Numbered from the whole stretch's first letter, positions 1 to 12,170 are shown. The stretch: DNA of 63,915 bases, filler included, from Octopus bimaculoides (GCF_001194135.2; 8 parts of 7 records of this genome joined end to end with filler, not necessarily neighbours in it), one strand, 5' to 3'. The notes: generated from the sequence alone by a model not told the origin. Translations and numbers: made by a program.

Positions 1-213
1 TTAAAAGAGTTCCAACACTGTCTGTTTTTTATGTTTTATTTGTATTCCTGCAGAACCAATGTGGGGTATAGAATATGGAATATACAATATATAATATAAA
101 ATAAAATAAAATAAAAATGGATGGCACCATGAAATAAAGTATTGAATGTAGATGAAATATTGAGTGTTCAATATAAAGGATCAAATATATAAATATAAAT
201 ATAAATATATAAA

Positions 214-253
214 GGCGACTCGAGTTTCAGGGCTATTTCCCTTCGTCATGGCC
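214..253 (-). ncRNA. Minimal type I hammerhead ribozyme-like motif (one-nt core insertion)
   Basis: The minus strand reads GGC-C(A)UGACGA-AGGG[AAAUAG]CCCU-GAAA-CUCGAG-UC|GCC. It has a 3-bp stem I, a 4-bp stem II, a palindromic ACUCGAGU helix III and a GUC site. Confidence 0.55.
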
Positions 254-373
254 GGTATGACAGACTTTAATATATATCTCCTGCAATTAAATATAGATGA
301 GTAGGCATACACCTTTGTGTATGCCTATATATATATACATATATATAAATATATGCATATACATTCATATATT

Positions 374-414
<41 letters not shown>

Positions 415-424
415 NNNNNNNNNN

Positions 425-470
<46 letters not shown>

Positions 471-670
471 CAGACATATTATTTTCAACTGTACAAGACG
501 GTTTCTATCTGAATCGCAAACAGCTGCTGCTGAAACAATCTTTTTTAAATTCTAATTGACAGAATCAGAATTAGCTATTGTTTACTTATTAGATTTTTAT
601 TCTGAAGAAATATAGGGCACTAATGAATGGCGTATGTTGAAATATTGTGTGTATATTCCTATCAATATAT

Positions 671-762
<92 letters not shown>

Positions 763-1038
763 GTAAGTATGTATACATACATACATATATATACATACAT
801 ACATACTTACCGGCATACATGCATATACGTACGTGCACACAAATATGCATGTGCATTTATTTATTTGTATATGTTTCAAACTCACCTAAACCTCACACAG
901 ACACATAAACACACACGCACGCCCACATTGATATATACTCCTTTACTGATAAAATACATTTCCTGACAATGAAATGCATTCCAATTCCTAAATTCTATAG
1001 ATTTTATTGACAGAATTTAATGTTTTTCTAATATAGTC

Positions 1039-1435
1039 GCAGACGTGGCTGTGTGGTAAGAAGTTTGCTTCCGAACCACATGGTTTCTGGTTCAGTCCCA
1101 CTGTGTGTATTTTGGGGCAAGTGTCTTTTAGAATAGCCTCGGACCGACGAAAGCCTTGTGATTGGATCTGGTAGACGGAAACTGGAAAAAACGCGTCGTA
1201 TATATGTATATGTATATATATCTATTTATGTATGTCTGTGTTTGTCCGCCCCTCTACGGCTTGACAACCGGTGTTGGTGTGTTTATGTCTCGGTAACTTA
1301 GAGGTTTGGAAAAAATATCGATAGAATAAGTACCAGGCTTAAGAAATATTACTGGGGTTGATATATTCAACTATAAATTCTTGAAGATGGTGCCCCAGCA
1401 TGGCCGCAGTCTAATGACTGAAACACGTAAAAGAT
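1039..1435 (+). mobile_element. tRNA-derived SINE family A, full length
   Basis: A-box-like TGGCTGTGTGG and B-box-like GGTTCAGTCCC head, internal TA/TG microsatellite, 3' end ...CAGCATGGCCGCAGTCTAATGACTGAAAC..GTAAAAGA. More than 10 homologous copies or fragments occur in the window. Confidence 0.8.
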
Positions 1436-1797
1436 CTGCTTGGAAACTGATGAACGACTTTGTCCAGGCACCACTGATAATGCGAAGTAGTGGAACGAGA
1501 AGCATCAACAAACGTTTTCTTACGGTATTCGCGCATATAGTCGTTCAATGGCTACCCATGAATTATCAACCGTTGCCGGTTTTATACAGTAAATATAGTC
1601 CATTGTTGTGAGGTCCGTTGAACGCCGAGGGTAGCCTACTCAGTCGCTTCGTCTTGTTTGCATTTTATGGTAACCCCTTGCATTACTATAATAGTGCGAC
1701 AGTTGTTTCATCTTGCTGGAAATTAAAACTTATCTTCAAAGTCCTCTTGCATGTTTGGCATGACATTATCGCATCAAGAACGACTGGATCGCAAATT

Positions 1798-1843
<46 letters not shown>

Positions 1844-2135
1844 TCAAGCACACACAGCGCTCATACACATATATATTTATAAACTTTAAAATATATCTCC
1901 TTCAATTAAATATAGGCATACACCTACATGAAGGTCAGGTAAATGGGATTAGGCGGGTCTAGGTAATCCGTCCTATGATACTTTAACTAACGTGATGTTT
2001 TGCGGATTCTCGGATCCTCAGTAACCGTAACCGTAGTGGTTAATTGAGCTATTTAATTTAAATGGCTTAATCACTATGATTGACTGCTAACTCCACAAGT
2101 TTTTTTTTAATTCCCTCTCTGATTATTTCATCGTG

Positions 2136-2176
2136 GTCCTTCCTGTTGAAGAGCATAGGCTCGAAACGTAAAAGAC
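2136..2176 (+). ncRNA. Hammerhead-like motif, family 1 (CUGUUGA core), degenerate stem I
   Basis: GUCCUUC-CUGUUGA-A-GAGC[AUAG]GCUC-GAAA-CG-UA|AAAGAC. The tail to about 2270 is homologous to 52575-52705. Confidence 0.5.
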
Positions 2177-2269
2177 TTTCTCGCCTTCCCGAGCGTCAAA
2201 CTAATACGCCCGCTTGTTGTTCATACACCTGTCTTCGTCTTTTCTTTTTCTGTAAATTTCAACTAATAT

Positions 2270-2740
2270 AAATGCAGTCTCATCGCTCCAAAAATGCTTG
2301 TTTGAAAGGTATACATCTTCTACATATCTTGCAAAACGTCAATTTTCGGTTTGGATCATCTGCTTTGAGAGCATGGATTATTCTTGGAATGTATCTTCTC
2401 CAATGACAGCTTCAAAATGAGATGGACGCTTGATTTTGAAATTCCTATTCACGAGTTGTTTGCCGTTCGGATTTTCTTGAACGTCTAAACTGCTATTTCT
2501 TGCTTGGTGGAGCACATTGATGTCCTTGATGCTACGAAACATTTATTGCAGTCATTCTGAACAGTTCCTACTGATTCAATGCGATGATTCATTCTGGTGA
2601 TTGGAATCTCGCGTTTATTGAATCACTTTGAATCTCGTTACTAAATTCTCTTTGCACTTCGACAGTATTTTAAAACTCCCAGTAGTTATTTTGGCCACAT
2701 TGTCTTTGTTTAAAGTCTAGTCTAACCTTTTGCATTCTTT
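2270..2740 (-). pseudogene. Degraded Tc1/mariner-superfamily (maT/DD37D-like) transposase, N-terminal half
   Basis: Minus-strand fragments across frameshifts: TVEVQREFSNEI, SKSSVHLILK..YIPRIIHALKADDPNRKLTF, IFWSDET (first catalytic Asp). Confidence 0.55.
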
Positions 2741-3126
2741 CTAAGGGGTTAAATCTAAAACGAAATGAAAACTAAGTCCGCTATCAGCTGCTAAAGAGTG
2801 TACACACATTCTCGATACTACAAGCACGCGCGCGCGCACACACGCGCCCATGCACATACACATATACATTCAACGTATTTGGTTGTTGTTAGCTACAATG
2901 CCTCTTATATTAATATTGTCTTCTGTTTCACTTCTCATCTTTTATCATTCTCTTTTTTATATAAAATTACAGAAGCACACAGACACACACAAACACACAC
3001 ACACAAACTTTCTCACGACCCCATCATTCTGCTTAAACAATGGATTTACAAATACAATATCCCTGCATTCACTCTTTATTTCCTATCTTATCTAAATTAA
3101 CTATTGCTTAACCATCCTCTCACACC

Positions 3127-3174
3127 GTCTCCGATGAAGGGATATAATAAATATCCTGGAAACAGCTGTAAGAC
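3127..3174 (+). ncRNA. Minimal type I hammerhead-like motif (U4C variant)
   Basis: GUCU-CCGAUGA-A-GGGAUAU[AAUAA]AUAUCCU-G-GAAA-CAGCUG-UA|AGAC. It has a 4-bp stem I, a 7-bp stem II and a palindromic ACAGCUGU helix III. Confidence 0.55.
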
Positions 3175-3474
3175 CTATTTACAAATGTTCTATATTATAC
3201 AGAGCCTTGATTTTTTTATCTCATTANNNNNNNNNNNNNNNNNNNNNNNNNNNNNNNNNNNNNNNNNNNNNNNNNNNNNNNNNNNNNNNNNNNNNNATTT
3301 ATTATATAAAGGGACTTTTATAAAATATTACTTGTTTTGATGTGTATGTCGTCTTATCAAATATTTAGAATTGAAATTCAGAATTATTGGATGAGAATTA
3401 ATTGGAAATTAAAAACAGTTTTGTTTTCATATTTTGTACATAGTTAAGAACGAGTGTGTGTGCGTCTGCATGTA

Positions 3475-3550
<76 letters not shown>

Positions 3551-4246
3551 TAAAATGTCCAAGGTGAATTTAAAGAGAGAGCTGTATGCGTGTATGTGTG
3601 TGTGTGTATCTTACGAAATGGAATAGGAAATGGGATCCTATATGCAAAATGTGCATATTTCTGAAATCGTGGTCGATTGAAATAGACATTTTCATATAAA
3701 CCCTGTCTCTATCTGTCTGAATACACAATTTCTAATTCTGTCTATTTTTATACGCTTTTCTTAATTCTGTCTCTTCGGTTACTTAACAATAAATATGATT
3801 ATCTTGAAGAACTACAAGTCCAAGTTTTTCCAATAATTCCAATTTTGTAAATACCCGATATTTACTAAAATTCCTGCAATGGTCAGCTTCCTTTGAAGTT
3901 ATTTTCCTTTTTTGAAACCTACGAAAGATATTATAGAATCCATGTGGACTGTAGTAAATGTTGGTTCCTAACCATTCTTTGTTCTGATGTTAATACCAAT
4001 GAATCAGTTATATACATGTGTCTCTGTCTTTGTTCCTACATGTGAATTGGCAAAGTGGATATTATGTTACACTTCCACATTTAGATGTTTGATTCTGAAT
4101 ATGCTTTCGTTGTTTTAATGTGATTTCCGTACCCAGAGTACTATGGCGTTTGTACTTGTTCATTCCATACTCGGAAATAGGCAACGGAGAATATAAGTAA
4201 CTTAGTAATAGACTGGTATCTTATACAGGGGTGTTCTTACGGTTGG

Positions 4247-4640
4247 TTTCAAATTTACCACAAAGACAGCAATCGGAGTTTAGTCGATTACTTCGACCCC
4301 AGTGCTCAACTAGTACTTATTTTATTGACCCTGAAAAGATGAAAGGCAAAATCGACTTCGGCGGCATTTGAACTCAGAACGTAAATGCCGTTAAGCATTT
4401 TGTCCGACGTTCTCTACCTCAGATGTTATTATTAAGAGCAAGTCTAGGGCGTCCAGCTTGCAGAAGCGATAACACCCCAGAAAAAATGATTAGCGGCACT
4501 TCGTTCATCGATAAGGTAAACTTTGCCTTTCATCGTTTCGAGGTCGACAAAACAAGTACCAGTGAAGTACTGGAATCAATATTATCAATTTGCCACTTTC
4601 CCCTAAAAGCTGCTGGCCCTGTGTCAAAATTTGAAATCAT
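4247..4640. mobile_element. Two SINE family B copies in divergent orientation (4247-4412 -, about 4447-4640 +)
   Basis: Homology to the family-B consensus (GCTGGCAGAATCGTTAG...GAGTTCAAATT...GTCGACTTTGCCTTTCATC...GATAAAATAAGTACCAG) on opposite strands. Confidence 0.7.
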
Positions 4641-5062
4641 TATTAAGAGGAATATTAACCGAAATTATGAATTAATAGCCAATTCTATTGATCCACGTAG
4701 GGTCCATTGATCAGTAGTGTTCTACGGGCACTTACACAGTATATTTAGTTAATCTTCGATAGTAGAGGATAAAATAATTATAAACGATTTTACGTATGTA
4801 TGATAGAATTCTTAAACACCTACTTCTTTATCATGGTGAAGTACTCAAGAAGCAGGTGAGTTTGGAAGAAGACACCTGATGTTTGAAACGATATCAATGT
4901 AGAAAAGACAAACAATTAATGTAAGGAATGCATTTATAGGAGATGTTATACATCCGTACACGATGTAAATTTACAGGAAGGTGTATGTACGTCTTCTAAA
5001 TATATGTAAGCATCTCATAAAAATCCATCACTTACAGCTATATTCATTTCTCCTACTTTCAC

Positions 5063-5114
<52 letters not shown>

Positions 5115-5141
5115 TTATCTATTTATCTATCTATCTATTAG

Positions 5142-5290
5142 GTACATATTTATGAAACTTTTACAAGAGGGGTGACAGTGACACCGTAGTTTCGGTCTGG
5201 TAGCCTTCGTCAGGCATTCTGACGAAAACTAGCAAGCAGACACTCTAAGTTGCTGTTACCCCTCTTGAAACAAGTTTAATAAACATGTAC
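5142..5290. mobile_element. Head-to-head pair of degenerate hammerhead-bearing (Penelope-like) termini
   Basis: TTCGTCAG-gcatt-CTGACGAA at 5206-5226. The arms are homologous out to CTGT(C/T)ACCCCTCTTG...AAGTTT(C/A)ATAAA(T/C)ATGTAC. Confidence 0.55.
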
Positions 5291-5342
5291 TTTAGTAAAA
5301 GGTATTGTCTATTCCTTCAGTTGTCTTTACAAAACAATGATC

Positions 5343-5402
<60 letters not shown>

Positions 5403-5799
5403 CTCTATCTATCTATCTATCTATCTATCTATCACACGTGCGCTCGTGTGTGTAAATCTGAGTGTGCATTAAAGCAGAATAAAGATGATGATGATGCTTT
5501 CGTTACAACAATGTATGACCCAATTTCTATATTGATTTATTTCATTTATTTGCATAAACGCTACTCGCAAAGGAATGAATATTACAGTTCTAATTTGACT
5601 TTTTACATGATGTGAATCAAATACAAATTGTTTCAAGCTTTCAATTTATGCTTTTTATACTTTATATAGTTCAAAATTCACCTAAGTCAACATTGTTTTG
5701 CATCCTACAACAATAAAATAATTTTTTTTTTTCTTGAGCTCTTTGATTCATACTGCCGGCTCCCCACTTTCCATAGTATGTAAGAGATCAAAATCATAA

Positions 5800-6035
5800 C
5801 GTTACCCGCGAATCTGACAGCGGTCATTTGCAGTATTGAATGCCTTCAATTTTGTTGTGGGTAGATGCTGATTACATCGACCCCCTCCAGTACTTGTCTG
5901 TTACTTTATCTTATTAAACTCGAAGGAAAGAAAAGCAAAGTTGACCTCCACCAGATTTGAACTTAAAAAACGGAAGAAATGCCGCTAATCATTTTGTCCG
6001 GCGTGCTAACAATTCTGCCGGTTCACTGCCTCTAC
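5800..6035 (-). mobile_element. SINE family B, old copy
   Basis: Reverse-complement homology to the family-B head and body. Confidence 0.65.
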
Positions 6036-6355
6036 ATCCTACCCACACCGTTAAAAGACAGTACCAGTCAAGAATTAGAGATGTTTAATCGAATAATCTC
6101 ATCCCAAACAAATCTATTTCCTAGTTTCTCTGTTAGAAAGCATTTTAATACGACGTTGTTTTTATTGTCTATCTTCAGGCGAGACGATCTAAATGTGACC
6201 ATCTCATAATAATATATTTTCAGATGTAATTAATCTACGTCTGCATTTTTCAATGTGTTCTTCTTTTTTAAAGATGATAGTGTGTGGAATAGGAGAGACA
6301 ATTTAAGAGAGCAAGAGAGAGAAAAGGAGACAAAGAGATAGATAGNNNNNNNNNN

Positions 6356-6390
<35 letters not shown>

Positions 6391-6748
6391 AAGAGAGAGA
6401 GAGGGCGATTTGATTGCTATTTCTAACATGTTCAGCCTCTCTTATTTGCCCTTATTTTAAAACCCTGCCACCCACACGCAAGCACGCGAATGTTTACAAG
6501 CGGTCTTCAAATTTTTCTAACCAAAGGGATTCTTAGCTCAATATTTACACATTATTATAGCTTTGTCTACTTTGAGCTCCGCCATAAAAAAAAAATCGAA
6601 TTATATACGTTTATATTGAAGATAATGTGAAGTATTTATTTAAAAATTCTATTTTGGAAATGTATGATTGTTTAAAAATTTTTGTATTTTAATTTAGGCT
6701 GAATGGTGAAAATAATGAACTGGTTACCACAAGTAAAAGTTCGACTTC

Positions 6749-7888
6749 ATGAGAAATGAAGAATTAAAGGCGAGAATGATTCCGTCAGAAAATCTTACCA
6801 ACATTATCACTACGAAGAGTTATAATGCTTACGAACAGTTCTATTTGGAAGCGCGTTCCATCACCGGTCTCGTATGTTACCCAATCGCCTGCTCAATCGG
6901 CCTTATAGGAAACACAATGAGCATTATTGTGATGACCCAAAAGCAAATGCAGTCCTCGACAAATATCTACCTCTTGGCTTTGGCCTTTTCTGATAGCATA
7001 AAACTCATCAACGACTTTCTCTATTTCGTTGTGATATTACTGATGGAGATTGACAAACGAACTGGAGAGTCTTTATATCAAGGTTTATATCCTTACGCCC
7101 ACTATATTTTCAATACGTCGTTATGCATATCGGCGTGGATCACCGTATCTGTAGCAGTGGAACGATACGTTTACGTATGTAAACCTCTCTATGTGAAATC
7201 TTACTGCACTATTCACCGCGCCCGCATTATAACTGTATGCGTTTACTTCTTTATGAGTATGCTATCCATACCATATGCAATGAGATACCAGTCTTATGAA
7301 GTGTACGATAATAGAACAAATCAGACTTTATTGGATTTGTCAGTTACGAAACTCTGGCAAAACAATGTTTTCTCAAGGGCTTATACTTGGTTTCAAAACC
7401 TTATTCGTTCAGTAATTCCGCTTTTAACTTTAATAGTATTAAATACTTGTATAATGTGTGGTATTAGGCGTTGTAAACTAAGCAAATCCAAGAATATGAG
7501 ACGATACCGCATTACCATTATGTTGGTCTGTGTTGTCTTGGTATTCATGGTTTGTATATCGCCTGATGCCATCATGTCCACCATCCTTGGTTTTGGCTAT
7601 ATCGAAGAAGATTATTTAACTCGTGGCATTCGCGAGATAACCGATCTATTACTTCTTATTAACTCAGCGGTGAATTTTATACTCTATTGCATATTCAACA
7701 CAATATTTTGGAAGAACTTCTTACATATTTTCTGCGCTATTTGTATAAAAATCTACTGCCCTCACCACCAGATGAACGTTTCCACACCGTCAAGACAACT
7801 GCAAAGCAATGTGTACAGAGAAGTTCAACTAGCTACATTTCCAGGAACACATCATTTTAAATTGGTGTCTGTCAAACGAGGTATGTAG
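6749..7888 (+). CDS. Class A (rhodopsin-like) GPCR, FMRFamide/peptide-receptor-like group, 379 aa, single coding exon
   Basis: Seven hydrophobic segments with TM1 GN, TM2 LAFSD, TM3 ERY, TM4 P, TM5 P, TM6 FMVCISP and TM7 NSAVNFILY. N-glycosylation sequons NLT (N-terminus) and NRT/NQT (ECL2). The ORF is uninterrupted. Confidence 0.93.
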   Translation: MRNEELKARMIPSENLTNIITTKSYNAYEQFYLEARSITGLVCYPIACSIGLIGNTMSIIVMTQKQMQSSTNIYLLALAFSDSIKLINDFLYFVVILLMEIDKRTGESLYQGLYPYAHYIFNTSLCISAWITVSVAVERYVYVCKPLYVKSYCTIHRARIITVCVYFFMSMLSIPYAMRYQSYEVYDNRTNQTLLDLSVTKLWQNNVFSRAYTWFQNLIRSVIPLLTLIVLNTCIMCGIRRCKLSKSKNMRRYRITIMLVCVVLVFMVCISPDAIMSTILGFGYIEEDYLTRGIREITDLLLLINSAVNFILYCIFNTIFWKNFLHIFCAICIKIYCPHHQMNVSTPSRQLQSNVYREVQLATFPGTHHFKLVSVKRGM

Positions 7889-8494
7889 CATAATTAAAAT
7901 TACGTTAGTCTTATCTTTGTCACTGATTATATGCAAACCTACATTCCTTTCTATGTATTGATTAAACGTTAACAAGTCATGAGTTGAGTGGAAATCGGAT
8001 AAGAATACCAAAAATAAAACAATTCAAATAAAGACTCTTCTATTCTTATACTTTACCGAGCTGTTCATTCAATTATTGAAAAGTTGTTATCTCTTAATGA
8101 AACCAGATTTGTCACAATTTTCTAATGTATGATTTTATATAATAAAATAAGCAGTTTGTTTTCTTCCAAGAACTTCTGTAATTGCTTGTATTACTAACAC
8201 ACATGAATGTTTGTTTATAGTAAATGTGCATATGCTTACTCAGCAAATTACAGTGATTTCTTCGTCGCCAGTTTTACATTATCAATGGGTTATAGCTGCT
8301 TTCTTGAAATACTGTTGTTGATTCAAATAATCATCGTCGTTACTTGCTCAGCTAACATCTTTAATTCTTTCTCCAATTGATTTACTTGACCTGAAAATAA
8401 ACATTAATTTTAGTCACCTCATGTATTATATTTTGAGTGTCACTGAACAAACAAAGACAAGAGCTTCGGATTGTTATTATTTCACACAAGTAAA

Positions 8495-8712
8495 GCAGTG
8501 AGCTGGTACAATCGTCAACAAAGCGGACAAAATGCTCCGTGGAATTTCTTCCCGCTCTTTACATTCTTAGCTTAAATTCTTCCAACTTCCATTCTACCTT
8601 TCATCCTTTCGGTGTCTGTAGAATAGATACCAGCTGAGTTAAGCACGGGGATCGATGTAACCGATTAACTCCTTCCCTCCAAATTGCTGGCCTTGTGCAA
8701 AAATTTGAAGTT
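8495..8712 (+). mobile_element. SINE family B copy
   Basis: GAGCTGGTACAATCG head and ...GGCCTTGTGCAAAAATTTGAA tail. Confidence 0.65.
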
Positions 8713-10256
8713 ATTACTTCACATTAGATGTTATTTAACCTAGTTGAGCATTGACAGAGTATAACTATGAAGTTCGAGATATGATTAGCTTTGTGTCAGT
8801 TATTTTCTAATTTTCAGTTCATACCTTAAGATCATATAACACCATATGCACCTCCCTATGTAAGATGGTTAATTAAGGCGTGAGATTAATATGGTTGTCA
8901 TTTCTAGCAGGTCTGGCTACTTTATAAACGCTCACTAATACATTATCGTTATCATTGTCATTATCATCATCAATCCTTGGACATTACCTGTTTGAGTATT
9001 AGGACATATAGGGCCCGTTAAGCGGTTTATATTGCGTGTAAGTCATCGAGGTCCCAATACTCCCAGTGAAATGCAACGCCATTTCGTCTCATTTTTACTC
9101 ATTTACAACAGATTGAACTGGAGCAAGCATCGAAAAATAAACTAACTTGAAGAGTACAACACGGCACTCGATCAAGGAATCAAAAAAATGATCTTACATG
9201 CAAACCCCCTAACCTGTAGATCACATGTTTTCCTAACTTATATTATTGGAAAACTTATGAATATGAAACAGCTTATATACTTATCTATAACAGGCTAAAA
9301 AAAAAAATTGGTATTCAATAATATCATTGATGGGAAACGTAAATAAGAAAATGAAATAAATATAGACAGTATCATATTTATGAATTCACGTTTTAGAAAA
9401 CAGAAACCAAGTAACACGGTCCAACATAGATTACAAAAAAATCTTTATATATATANNNNNNNNNNNNNNNNNNNNNNNNNNNNNNNNNNNNNNNNNNNNN
9501 NNNNNNNNNNNNNNNNNNNNNNNNNNNNNNNNNNNNNNNNNNNNNNNNNNNNNNNNNNNNNNNNNNNNNNNNNNNNNNNNNNNNNNNNNNNNNNNNNNNN
9601 NNNNNNNNNNNNNNNNNNNNNNNNNNNNNNNNNNNNNNNNNNNNNNNNNNNNNNNNNNNNNNNNNNNNNNNNNNNNNNNNNNNNNNNNNNNNNNNNNNNN
9701 NNNNNNNNNNNNNNNNNNNNNNNNNNNNNNNNNNNNNNNNNNNNNNNNNNNNNNNNNNNNNNNNNNNNNNNNNNNNNNNNNNNNNNNNNNNNNNNNNNNN
9801 NNNNNNNNNNNNNNNNNNNNNNNNNNNNNNNNNNNNNNNNNNNNNNNNNNNNNNNNNNNNNNNNNNNNNNTATATATATATATATATATATCAAGTACGA
9901 TTTAATCGCGATCAGGGTTGTTCGAAAACCGAAGTACTAATGTATATATATATATATAAATGTATATACACATATACATATTTTATATACAAATTTATTT
10001 ATACACACACCAACACATACACTCAGCTCACACATATGTATATGTATTTATGCATATTAGTATATCTACATATGTGTGTGTATATATATAGCTGGCCGTC
10101 TACACTTTTTTCTGCAAAATAGTGGTAGCTTATCCTGTTCAGGTTATATTATTAGCATTATTCTGCGTTTGAGAATTTAAAATCACTTTAACTTTCTAAG
10201 ACATCTAAACGTTTCTAAAAGCAAACTTCGTTTGTTTACGTTTATCGTAATTTGAA

Positions 10257-10301
<45 letters not shown>

Positions 10302-10386
10302 NNNNNNNNNNATCACTTTAACTTTCTAAGACATCTAAACGTTTCTAAAAGCAAACTTCGTTTGTTTACGTTTATCGTAATTTGAA

Positions 10387-10446
<60 letters not shown>

Positions 10447-10795
10447 CTGTGTGTGTATACATACCATTTTGCTGAATCAGCCATTCATTTATATGGTAAA
10501 AACTATGTAGTTATAGATTAGACTTCACTTAACTGTAAGCGATGGAATAGTACTAACTACCTGTAATTTCAAGCGAAATTGGCGTGGCAATTTAGTACCC
10601 TAGCTTGTTGTGGTGCGGTTAACTCCACTCTCAGTATATAGACTTGTGCTATGTTTGGAGCTATAATGTACTTTGACTCCTTTTTCTACCAATGTAGGTG
10701 CTATAATGCGCCCTCAGTCATAATTAGGGCCAACTGAATCATTCCTTTTTGGCTTTGTATTGCGTCTAGCCATCTTTATCATTTTATTCATGCAT

Positions 10796-10826
<31 letters not shown>

Positions 10827-10862
10827 TGCATATATACATACACATACATATATACATACATA

Positions 10863-10945
<83 letters not shown>

Positions 10946-11892
10946 ATATATATATATATATANNNNNNNNNNNNNNNNNNNNNNNNNNNNNNNNNNNNNN
11001 NNNNNNNNNNNNNNNNNNNNNNNNNNNNNNNNNNNNNNNNNNNNNNNNNNNNNNNNNNNNNNNNNNNNNNNNNNNNNNNNNNNNNNNNNNNNNNNNNNNN
11101 NNNNNNNNNNNNNNNNNNNNNNNNNNNNNNNNNNNNNNNNNNNNNNNNNNNNNNNNNNNNNNNNNNNNNNNNNNNNNNNNNNNNNNNNNNNNNNNNNNNN
11201 NNNNNNNNNNNNNNNNNNNNNNNNNNNNNGATATCATTCTGATATTATTATTTGCATTTCATTCTGCACTTTGTATATATATTCTATATACATACATTAG
11301 ATTACATTAGTATTTTATGACTTAGTTTTATGCATCAACACTCAGTTATTAATAAATAAAAAATTTTTTCAGAAATATATAGAATGCAAATTTACATTGA
11401 AAGATATCCGCCTTAAGCTAGTAGATCCCTTTTCAAACTGTAGAATAAAAAAGATATACTCTAGTTTAAGTGGGTTAAGAATTCGCTGCACTTGTTGCTT
11501 TATATTTGCCAAATAGAAAATGTAGTTCTTAAAAAAGAAATGGTTAACACTTTCACTGTCAACCCAGTTCGGCCAGGATTTTTCTTCCTCAGAGACGAAT
11601 TATTAGAAAAGCATGATTTGCGGGGTAAAATTTAATAATAATTGTGCTATTATCTGTATGCCATCGGTTATTTTGCGTTAATATACTTACACAAATGCAC
11701 ACACACACACACACGCACACACACACACATACACACACACATACATATATATGAAAAAACCCCAGGAAGGAGAGAGAGGAAGAGAGAGTGAGCGAAAGAG
11801 ATATATTGATAAATAGATAGACAGATATAGATGTAAATATATGCTTATATAGACAATCATACATACATGTGTATATATATATATGTATATAT

Positions 11893-11992
11893 NNNNNNNN
11901 NNNNNNNNNNNNNNNNNNNNNNNNNNNNNNNNNNNNTTAATTAATTAANNNNNNNNNNNNNNNNNNNNNNNNNNNNNNNNNNNNNNNNNNNN
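11893..11992. other. Artificial scaffold spacer (44 N + TTAATTAATTAA + 44 N)
   Basis: Exactly 100 bp. The palindromic 12-mer puts a stop codon in all six frames. The same structure occurs seven times. Confidence 0.95.
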
Positions 11993-12136
11993 TATATATA
12001 CATATGTATGCAAAGACACCACACACACACGCATACACATCGCTCGCGTATTCACACACACACACACACACACACAACATTTGTTATTGCATGTCTCGTT
12101 CCAAATACATTTTTGTTTTAAGACACTCCTTCGTAT

Positions 12137-12170
<34 letters not shown>

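Noticed and set aside
1985-2030. Minus-strand CTGAGGA-hairpin-CAAAAC string
   Set aside because: G12 is missing, stem II is mismatched and there is no stem I. At best it is an unrecognisably old copy.
10182-10431. Apparent 120-bp tandem duplication (also 39004-39232 and 58152-58259)
   Set aside because: Identical or near-identical copies sit directly on either side of an N gap, the usual sign of unmerged contig overlaps.
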